DNA from: Chiloscyllium plagiosum
Taxonomy: Eukaryota
Direction of reading: 5' to 3'
DNA length: 20,268 nucleotides
Assembly (NCBI RefSeq): GCF_004010195.1
Contig: NC_057718.1
Location: forward strand, 2,468,046-2,488,313
A program made the position numbers and the translations under genes. This document shows positions 11,730-20,268 of this stretch, piece after piece. How positions within the stretch are numbered: position 1 is the stretch's first letter; each line of letters starts with the position of its first letter. The notes below the pieces were generated by a model, which saw only the letters and a list, made by a program, of their open reading frames with translations, was not told where the DNA came from and did no database searches.

Positions 11730-12207
11730 TACATAACATATAGGAAGGATATGGAAGCTTTGGAAAGAGTTCAGAGGTGGTTTACTAGGGTGTTGCCTGG
11801 AATGGAAGGAAGGTCTTACGAGGAAAGGCTGTGGGAACTGAGGCTGTTTTCATTGGAAAGAAGAAGGTTGAGAGGTGACTTAATGGAGATGTATAAGACA
11901 ATTAGAGGGTTAGATAGGGTGGACATTTAGAGAATTTTTCCTTGGATGGTGATGGCTAACATGAGGGGACATAGCTTTGAATTGAAGAGAGACAGATTTA
12001 GGACAGATATCAGGGTTGTTTCTTTACTCAGAGAGAAGTAGGGGTGTGGAACGGCCTGCCTGCAACAGTAGTAGACTCGCCGACGTTAAAGGCATTTAAA
12101 TGGACATTGGGAATGGAATAATAATGGAACCATGTAGGTTAGATGAGCATCAGAATAATTTCACAGGTCGGCACAACAACGAGGGCTGAAGGGCCTGCAA
12201 TGTTCTA
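11730..12207 (+). mobile_element. CR1-clade LINE 3' fragment (ORF2 C-terminus and 3' UTR)
   Basis: Translation YRKDMEALERVQRWFTRVLPGMEGRSYEERLWELRLFSLERRRLRGDLMEMYKTIRGLDRVD is the typical CR1 ORF2 C-terminus. It is followed by a premature stop and the GAGGGCTGAAGGGCCTG tail. Confidence 0.9.
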
Positions 12208-12279
12208 AATAATTGAGAATCAGGAGGTGAAAGGGAAGGAGGAACGTAAAATAATTAATCACCAGGGTAAGAATATTGA

Positions 12280-13570
12280 AAGAATGTCAGAACTAAAATC
12301 TGTCATGTCCCTAGATCCGAACAGACTTCTTCACAGTCCCTTAAAAAAAAAAGGAGGTTCTTGAAATAGTAGATGCTTCAATTTTCCAAAATTCTCTAGA
12401 TTTTGGAAGGGTCCTATCAGATGGGAAAATTAAATTTTGAATCTTCTATTCTAGAGGAGATGGAAAACAGGAAATTACAGGTCGGTATGCTTAACATTGA
12501 CCATAGAGCAAGAATCTATAGTTAACAAAGTTGCAGCAGGGAAACTGGCTTTGTAAAAGGGAAATCATGTTTTGACTGATTTATTACAGCTCTTTAAGGA
12601 AGTAATAAACAATGCAGAGAAAAGGGAAACCTGTGAACGTGCTATACTTATGATGTCCAGTCAGTATCTGACAAAGTGCCCCAATGATTACTCAAGGTGC
12701 AGGTGACAAATCAGCATGAACAGAGGATTATTTGGATAACAAACAGAAACAAGAGGCAGAAATGAGCAATTCTCAAGTTGCAATGCCAAAAGTAATGGAT
12801 TGTTCAAATACTTACAATTTTCTCAATAAAGGAACCACAGTTGCTAAATCTGCCGATGACACAAAGGTAGAGGGGATAGGAAGTTGTAGACAGGACATAA
12901 GCTGACTATATCATTTGCAGACTCCTTAAGTGAATGGCCAAAAGAATTGATGTAGCATAGATAAATGTGGACTGATCCACTTTGACAGGAAGGCACTATG
13001 GAACTCTGAGGTACAGGCGAGTCTGAGTGTTCTTGTACACGAGCCCTTAAGTTAGTCTCCAGGTACAGCTGGTGATTAGAAAGACAAATGGAATATTGTT
13101 CCTTTCAAGCGAATGAGAATAATCATGTTGAAAGGATTTACAGTAGCCTTAATGCTCATTGGGGAGACCATATCTAGAGTTCTGTATACAGCGTTGGTCT
13201 TCTAAACTAGTGGATGTAAATGCATTAGAAGCATCTCAAAGAAGGTTCATAAAACTGATACCTGAGATGGAGAAGACATCTTAAAATGAAGATGATATCT
13301 TGAGAAGAAAGATTGAGACTATATCCATTGAAGTTAAAGAATGATCTTATTGAACATTCCAAGGGGACTTGACAGGCGGATGCTGAAGAGATGTTTATGA
13401 AAGAGACTAGAACAGAGGACTTAAAAATAAGGCTTGTCCAATTAACACAGAGATGAGACAGATAATTGAACTAACAAGGTTATCAAGAATGATCAGAAAT
13501 GTGGAGTTAATGCCACCATCAGATCAATCGCGATCCTACTGACTGGCACCAGAGGGGCCTGCTCCAAACG
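12280..13570 (+). mobile_element. Old, heavily degraded CR1-like LINE ORF2 fragment
   Basis: Remnants GGCTTTGTAAAAGGGAAATCATGTTTGACTGATTTA (GF.KG.SCLT.L), TCTGACAAAGTGCC (FDKVP-like), AAATCTGCCGATGACACAAAG (FADDTK-like) and GCATTAGAAGCATCTCAAAGAAGGTTCA (ALE..QRRF). Many stops and indels. Confidence 0.75.
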
Positions 13571-13632
13571 TGTGTGTTTGTATGGTCTGTGCTCCCACTG
13601 TCAGTGATTAATGCTACGTGCACCTTGCCTCA

Positions 13633-13881
<249 letters not shown>

Positions 13882-14278
13882 CTATAGGACATGAATACAC
13901 AGAGGGTTACACAACGCTCAAGCAGAGATGGTGAGTTAGCTTCCTGCTCAGATTCTTTTAAAACAAATACCACTAACTTTAGGCAGCATTTCCAGACTTC
14001 ACCGCAGCCCAAAGCGAACACCAACGCTCTCCACTGAACCAGGGTTGATCCCCTGGCTTAATGTTAATTGTAGAGCCGGGGATATGCCAGGCCATGAGGC
14101 TGCAGATTGGGTTGGAGTAGAATTGGCTGCTGCTGACAGCTCTCAATGCCTCAGATCAAAATACATGACATGACATGATGGAGGAGAATTCTCAATGTGA
14201 AGGTGGTTTCAATCGTACTGATAGTCACAGGCAAATGCCTCTGTGATTGGTGAAGCCAACTGAGGGAAATACGATGTC

Positions 14279-14551
14279 TTAGTGGTTAGCACTGCTGTCT
14301 CACAGCACCAGCGACCTAGGTTCAATTCCACTGTTGGGCGACTGTTTCTGTGAAGTTTGAATGTTCTCCCTACGCTCTGGTTTCTTCTCTCAGTCCAAGG
14401 ATTTGCAGTTTAGATGGATTAGCCCTGGTGAATGCAGGGTTACAGGGGTAGGGTAGGAGTGTGGGTTGGGTGGGATGCCCTCTGGAGTGTTAGTGTGGAC
14501 TTGATAGGCCAAATGACTTGCTTCCATGTTATAGAGTTTCTGTGATTCTAA
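14279..14551 (+). mobile_element. HE1-type SINE, diverged
   Basis: AGTGGTTAGCACTGCTGTCTCACAGCACCAGCGACCTAGGTTCAATTCC head, TGTGAAGTTTGAATGTTCTCCC V-domain remnant, tail ending TTCTGTGATTCTA. Homologous to 17610-17922. Confidence 0.75.
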
Positions 14552-14789
14552 GGTCACGTAATTTTTTCTCTTATCACCTTCCACCTACTCAGCTCAGCAG
14601 CTAGGCCTTTTATGACTCAGACAGAATGGGTCAGTGGAGCTGCTGTCAAGCCCATTCTTGCTGATGGACACTGACGTCACCACATGAAGTACATTCTTGT
14701 GTCTTTGCCACCCTCAGGTACACCATTCAAGTTGTGGCGAACATACTGGGAGGACAACTGCATCTGATCTCCATGTCACATTACAGGTG

Positions 14790-15337
14790 ATCACCATTGC
14801 ACTACACACACACACACGGACACAAGTACACACAGACACCCACCCTTACAGACACACACACACACTCCCATACATGCACCCCCCCACTGACTTAAGACAC
14901 TCTGCACTTACTACACACACACACACAACCCCCACCCCTGACAGACACACACACACAGACAGACAAAGACCCACATGCACACATATATTTTGTGGGGTGA
15001 ATTTGTACTTGCAGAGTTACATTGCACTTTGCTCAAAAACTGCATGAATGCAACTTTCAAAAAGAAAGGGTTTTGTGATTTACACATGAAAGAAGTGAAA
15101 TTATCACTGTATTCTAACAGATGAAAGGCTTAACAGACAAACAATTTTTCAATGTATAATTTCAGTTACATCACACTGCAAATTTTTGCTATAAATTCTG
15201 TGTTACGATCGAGCCCTCCACAATCACCTGATGAAGGAGCGTCGCTCCAAAAGCTTCCAATTAAACCTATTAGACTATAACCTGGTGTTGTGTGATTTTT
15301 AACTTTGTACACCCCAGTCCAACACCGGCATCTCCAT
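14790..15337 (+). mobile_element. Penelope-like element terminal fragment with CA-rich tract and degenerate hammerhead
   Basis: CA-rich 14803-14985, then an AT-rich body, CAC-CTGATGA-A-GGAGC-GTC-GCTCC-AAAA-GCT at 15225-15255, and tail ATTAAACCT..GACTATAACCTGGTGTTGTGTGATTTTTAACTTTGTACACCCCAGTCCAACACCGG shared with 18844-19113. Left boundary approximate. Confidence 0.65.
14803..14985. repeat. Interrupted (CA)n / CAGA low-complexity tract
   Basis: Several (CA)5-7 runs with CAGA and C-rich spacers. Confidence 0.85.
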
Positions 15338-15597
15338 ATCCGATCTCCTGACTGTGGACCAATTTAACATATATGGCCGTATCTGGGAAATTGAGACGTA
15401 ACGGCTTCAGGAGTAAGACCTTATCAGGCAGTTTCTCAATAAGCATGACATAGCTCTCCTAATTTTGTAAAAGGCGTTGGCAAGGAGACCTTTGTTCGGG
15501 TTACTACTGTCGATTCCAATGTCACAGTCATTGCAATTTCATTCCTTTGCAGAGGCTTTGACATAAGTAAAATGTTTTACTCTTCTATTTCAGAGAA

Positions 15598-15880
15598 CGG
15601 TTGGGAATTAACCATATTGCTGAGAATCTAGAGGCACATGTAGGTCAGACCAGGTAAGGACGAGATATCTTTCTCTAAAATTACATTAGCCAAATTAGCT
15701 GCACTAGTTGAATATTCATCAATGGTTACATGGTTATCCTTAAGCTAGTTTTTAATTCTGATTATATTGATTTCAAACTTCAGCAGCTGCTATAGTGGGA
15801 TTCATCCTCACAGTGGCAGAACATCATCCCAGGTCTCAGAATTATTAATCCAGTGGCATTATCTCTATGCACCATCTCCA
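15598..15880 (-). mobile_element. tRNA-derived SINE (same family), diverged
   Basis: TTAACCATATTGCTGAGAATCTAGAGGCACATGTAGGTCAGACCAGGTAAGGACG...TTATTAATCCAGTGGCATTATCTCTATGCACCA. Confidence 0.55.
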
Positions 15881-16176
15881 CTCCCTTTATAATCTTGTAG
15901 CTTTGTGATTAAACTGGGAAAGATTCATTTGTTGGTTTTGCTTTAAGAACTTTACAAATATTCATGCCAACAGTATCATAAGTTGCTCTTCAGTCTAAAT
16001 GACAGGTTCACTCTTGGCTACCCCACAGCCAGTAAGATTGTCCCACCCTCACTACACAGCTCAGAACCTCCAGCCTGAGAAAACTGAAAGTGACTGATTT
16101 CCAGGGGTCCAAGAGTGTATGTTATCAAACCCTGAAACCAGACCAGCCCCTTCACACTGTGCTGCAGCAACCTCAC

Positions 16177-16307
16177 CTTTGTTGGGTAAATAGCGCTGGA
16201 GGGGAAGGCTTCAAGCGATGTCATATCCGTGTACTTGCGTTCAATGGTTTTTTTTGTAGCTGGACAGTAATGGACACTACGGACCACTTTGGGACGCACT
16301 AGTGAAC
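16177..16307 (-). CDS. MCM3: MCM3 coding exon (exon 4 equivalent, 131 bp)
   Basis: Acceptor ctcattgcag, donor AAG|gtgagg. Translates (C)[43 protein letters not shown]. Confidence 0.97.
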
Positions 16308-16838
16308 CTGCAATGAGAACCGACAGCATTAGTGATAAATTCTGTTTAAGGACAATGACTGTTCACCTCGATGTAGTGTGCAGGAGACAAGAGTTTACAA
16401 TGTCACATGAGGGAAAAAGGGCATCTACACTTACCACCCAGCTCATTATTCCTCATCCCAGCAAAAATATTCAAGTTACTTTAAAGCACAACTTATCCAG
16501 CTATCTAACACAAGCAAGATCTCAAACTGCATCCAACAATCAACAAGTATCTGGCAGCACTGATTGAAGTGGAAGGTTGATTGCAAATCCAAGGAGACTC
16601 CTTGTTCTTCAAATGGTGCTTGGAGATCTTTCAAAAACACAGGAACCACTTGGAAAAGCAGTTTGTCTTTAATTTAACATTACTAGCAACGAATCATTCT
16701 CACAATGCAGCATTAAGCTATGAACTGATTACTACATGTTCATTTTCCTCACTCGATGTGAACCAACTGCCAGCATTCACTAACAAAACAGAACGCAAAT
16801 GGAGAGCAGCACCCAGTCTCACCCAATCAGACACTCAC

Positions 16839-17047
16839 ATTTGATCACAATTCCCTCCACACACACAACATTGCTGAGAAACCGAGAGGTCAAGGTTCGC
16901 GGGCTGACGTGGTTAGATCCGAAGCTGCCTTCCAGTCCGACGTAAAAATCTTCAAACTGTTTGGCATAGGTGGCATCAATTGAGGCAACAAAGTCCTTCA
17001 GCGCTCGCTGGAAGGCCAAGAGTTCTTCAAAGGAATTGCTCAGCAGT
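16839..17047 (-). CDS. MCM3: MCM3 coding exon (exon 3 equivalent, 209 bp)
   Basis: Acceptor ttttctctcag, donor AAAT|gtgagt. Translates (E)[69 protein letters not shown](C). Confidence 0.97.
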
Positions 17048-17609
17048 CTGAGAGAAAATTAGACAAAGATTAATTGCTCAGTGCATCAGCATCAGGCTTT
17101 CAAATGTTAAACCGAAGCCCCCAAACCAGCCCCAGTTCTGAGAGCAATAAGGATCAGGAACCAGAGATGACAGGTTTTACTGGAAAAAGAACCAAAGCCA
17201 TGAGGTTTGTTTTAACAAAAAGGTGAGCTTTGATCTGGAATGCACTGAAAGCTAGTGGCTACAAATTCAATGATAACTCTGAAAAGAAATCAGTTCAATG
17301 CTTGAAACTTTGCAGGCTAGCAGTGACGGAGCTAACTATTGGGGCTTAACTGGATAGACCCTTTAAACAGCCAGTACGAGCATGATGGGCTGAATTGACT
17401 CATGGAATGCTGTACATCTCTTGGAACAAGAAAATGGAACAGAATATCAATGCAGAAACAGATATTTCATGATTATTCCACCAGCTCCAGCACATTTAAA
17501 AATTGCTTTTCAAATAGATAAGAAATTTCCCTAGTTCGAGGATTGAGAATCTCTGGAATTTGTTTTCTTTTCTTACCTATCCATAGGGTGTGGCTATGGC
17601 TGGCATTTT

Positions 17610-17922
17610 GATTAGATTCCCTACAGTATGGGAACAGGCCCTTTGGCCCAACCAGTCCGCACCGACCCCCGGAAGAGTAACCCACCCAGTCCCGTTTCCC
17701 TCTGACTAATGCACCTCGCACCATGGGCAATTTAGCACGGCCAATTCACCTGACCTGCACATCTTTGGACTGTGGGAGGAAACCCACGCAGGAACGGGGA
17801 GAATGTGCAAACTCCACACAGACAGTTGCCCGAGGCTGGGACTGAACCTGGGTCCCTGGTGCTGTGAGGCAGCAATGCTAACCATTGAGCCACCATGCCA
17901 CCCTGTGAGCCACCGTGCCACC
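17610..17922 (-). mobile_element. HE1-type (V-SINE) tRNA-derived shark SINE, near full length
   Basis: Minus strand: GGTGGCTCAATGGTTAGCATTGCTGCCTCACAGCACCAGGGACCCAGGTTCAGTCCC (A/B boxes), V-domain CTGTCTGTGTGGAGTTTGCACATTCTCCCC, and HER1-like tail AAGGGCCTGTTCCCATACTGTAGGGAATCTAATC. Confidence 0.85.
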
Positions 17923-18228
17923 TTGGTGCTTGGCCAGCATTTACCTTCCATTTCTAATTGGCCTGGAGAAAGTGTCAGAAGGCTGCCGAAAGGAGCAGAG
18001 GATGTTCATTGTGGACGGAGATCGATAATGGAATATAAAACTGATCGGAAAAAGTGACAGCTGACACTGAAGATCAATTATTATCTTACTGAACAGCTGA
18101 GCATGTTCAAGCAGAATGAAGCTTGACCCAGCTCCTAATTGGTAAGATTTTTAATTTAAGACAAGAACAGTATACAATAATGAGGAAGCAAAATAGATAC
18201 AGGTAAGGGAACCTAGAAAGGTACTTAC

Positions 18229-18341
18229 TCTGCTGCTCTTTTTTCATTCTTTCTACGTAGGTCATTGATGTTGACAATCAGTCGGTACACGTTGTCATTG
18301 ATCATGTCCCTCACCTTACTTTGGTAAATCCCCTGGTCTTG
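18229..18341 (-). CDS. MCM3: MCM3 coding exon (exon 2 equivalent, 113 bp)
   Basis: Acceptor tgcccacag, donor GA|gtaagt. Translates [37 protein letters not shown](E), the MCM3 N-terminal helical domain. Not in the ORF track; read manually. Confidence 0.96.
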
Positions 18342-18843
18342 CTGTGGGCATGAATACAAAAACTTCGTCTGAAATTCCTTCAGCTGCTTCTTTACCATTC
18401 AAAAACTCGCGAAAGCAACTGATTAAATCATCATCAGGGACATAACCATCTTTGGTGACAGGTGAAAAACATTGTTGGAATCAGAGCAGTATCCATGGAG
18501 ATAAAACAAGCAAGAGTTTTGAGTCTTGACGACTCTTCATCAGGTGACTGCTTTCAAATTGGACTGACTTGATTATGTCAGAGGCAGCTTCACCCATGAA
18601 AAGGAATGAAATAAAAACAAAATGCTGCATAAACGTGACATGTCTGTCAGCATCTTTTTAAAAATTCATTCATGGGACGTGGGCATTATTGGCTGGGCCA
18701 GTATTTATTATCCGTCTCTGGTCACCCTTGAGAAGGTCATGGTGAGCTGCCTTCTTAAATCACTGCTGTCCATGCGCTGTAGGTTCTTTTGAATAAGATC
18801 AAATCAGACCCAATGTGTTAACTCATTCTCTGTACGCGGACAA

Positions 18844-19113
18844 CCGGTTGGACTGGGTTGTACAAAGTTAAAAATCACACAACACCAGGTTATAGTCCAA
18901 CAGGTTTAATTGGAAGGACACTAGCTTTTGGAGCACCGCTCCTTCATCAGGTGGTTGTGGAGGACACAATTGTAAGGCACAGAATTTATAGCAAATATTC
19001 TGTGTCTTACAATTGTGTCCTCCACAACCTGGTGAAGGAACAGCGCTCCGAAAGCTAATGTCTTTACAATTAAACCTGTTGGACTATAACCTGGTGTTGT
19101 GTGATTTTTAACT
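18844..19113. mobile_element. Inverted pair of Penelope-like terminal repeats (about 120-bp-arm palindrome)
   Basis: 18866-18985 is the imperfect reverse complement of 18997-19113 around an 11-nt spacer TTATAGCAAAT. Same family as 15185-15330. Each arm carries a degenerate hammerhead motif. Confidence 0.8.
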
Positions 19114-19117
19114 CTAC

Positions 19118-19510
19118 GAAGGCTGAGGAGTGACCTTTATAGAGGTTTACAAAATTATGAGGGACATGGATAGGATAAATAAACAAAGTCTTTTCCCTGG
19201 GGTCAGGGAGTCCAGAACTAGAGGGCATAGGTTTAGGGTGAGAGGAAAGATATAAAAGAGACCTAAGGGGCAACTTTTTCACGCAGAGGGTGGTATGTGT
19301 ATGGAATAAGCTGCCACAGGATGTGGTGGAGGCTGGTACAATTACAACATTTAAGAGGCATTTGGATGGGTATATGAATAGGAAGGGTTTGGAGGGATGT
19401 GGGCCGGGTGCGGGCAAGTGGGACTAGATTGGGTTGGGATATCTGGTCAACATGGATGGGTTGGACTGAAGGGTCTGTTTCCATGCTGTACATCTCTGAC
19501 TCTGACTCTA
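19118..19510 (+). mobile_element. HER1/CR1-type LINE 3' end
   Basis: AGGCTGAGGAGTGACCTT-ATAGAGGTTTACAAAATTATGAGGG (RLRGDLIEVYKIMRG-like), AGAACTAGAGGGCATAGGTTTA, TTCACGCAGAGGGTGGTA, tail TTGGACTGAAGGGTCTGTTTCCATGCTGTACATCTCTGACTCTGACTCTA. Confidence 0.88.
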
Positions 19511-20084
19511 TATGTGGATGCTGCCAGCCTGCTGACTTCTCCAGCATCCCTGGTTTATATTTCACAGCTCTTTGTACTTTGGTTTCAGCATGATGAATGA
19601 GTAACTGGGAAGCTTTTGAGGAAGAGATAGATACTTGATAAGTAAGAGAGAAGAAATGTTTAAGGGAGTAACTGAAGAACCAGAGTAATTGGATCAGCTT
19701 TGATCTTACTAAAAGGTAGAGCAGGACTGAGAGACAGAGTGGTCTCTCACTTCTTGTCTGTGAGCTCCATGTATAATAATTCATTTCAAACATTCATCTT
19801 GAGACAAATTATGAACAATGACGACATGAGTCAGGCAAATACCATTGGATGTTGCTTGGCAACAGGGAGGAGGTACAGGGACAGAGATCAGAGGCCAGAA
19901 GACTGGAGGAAGAGTCACTGGAAGTGAAATGTTAACTCTACTTCCTGCCCACAGATGCTACCAGATGTTTTGAGTTTCATTAGGAAATCCTGCAATAGTT
20001 TGTTTCAAATGTCCAGCATCTGCAGTTCTTTGTTTTACTTTAGGAAGGGAGACATTCAGGTTTCAGGACAAGAGGGTACTTGAA

Positions 20085-20268
20085 GCACAAGACAAGTGAG
20101 CGGACGGTTGCGGGAGTGGATGGGCAAGGGATGGGGCGTGGTGGAGAGCTATGGTTTGGAGTGGGAGAATGAATGGGGAAGGCCATGGCTTGTTGTGGGG
20201 TGCTATGGGGAGGGGATGGTTTGGTGTCTGGGGGACTATGGGGAGGGGACGGTGTGTAGTCTGGGGGG
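20085..20268. repeat. G-rich minisatellite / G-tract region in MCM3 intron 1, truncated by window end
   Basis: 33-bp unit CTATGGGGAGGGGAYGGTKTG...GTCTGGGGG starting at 20203 and 20236, with more degenerate G-tracts upstream. Confidence 0.7.

Noticed and set aside
14279..14335. tRNA-like A/B boxes here and at about 2899-2930, 5210-5265, 7975-8035 and 17835-17900
   Set aside because: SINE heads or fragments that do not form a full cloverleaf, so not tRNA genes.
14697..15047. 116-aa His/Thr-rich ORF
   Set aside because: Translation of a (CA)n tract.
19070..19793. Longer minus-strand ORFs of 115 and 176 aa
   Set aside because: Antisense read-through of a CR1/HER1 3' end and flanking repeats, not a gene.

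Overview
Vertebrate genomic DNA, almost certainly a cartilaginous fish: the repeats match the shark HE1 SINE / HER1 (CR1-clade) LINE families. The window holds ten consecutive coding exons (equivalent to exons 2-11) of MCM3, the replicative helicase subunit, on the minus strand. All have GT-AG boundaries and join in frame into 1598 nt (532 codons + 2 nt), running from [13 protein letters not shown] to [12 protein letters not shown]. Exon 1 lies beyond position 20268 and exon 12 onward lies before position 1. The introns are full of CR1-like LINE fragments, tRNA-derived SINEs, a probable MITE and Penelope-like terminal-repeat pieces. The most notable non-coding signal is a set of minimal type-I hammerhead ribozyme motifs (CTGAnGA - stem II - GAAA - palindrome - NUH) from at least three repeat families. 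Two are intact and sit in 135-151 bp insertions with perfect 14-16 bp target-site duplications. One of these is sense to the MCM3 pre-mRNA, and the other has a twin-priming-like 5' inversion. Intron 11 also has several exon-like segments, one of which keeps the MCM3 frame open. Family names are from recall of consensus sequences and were not checked by database search.
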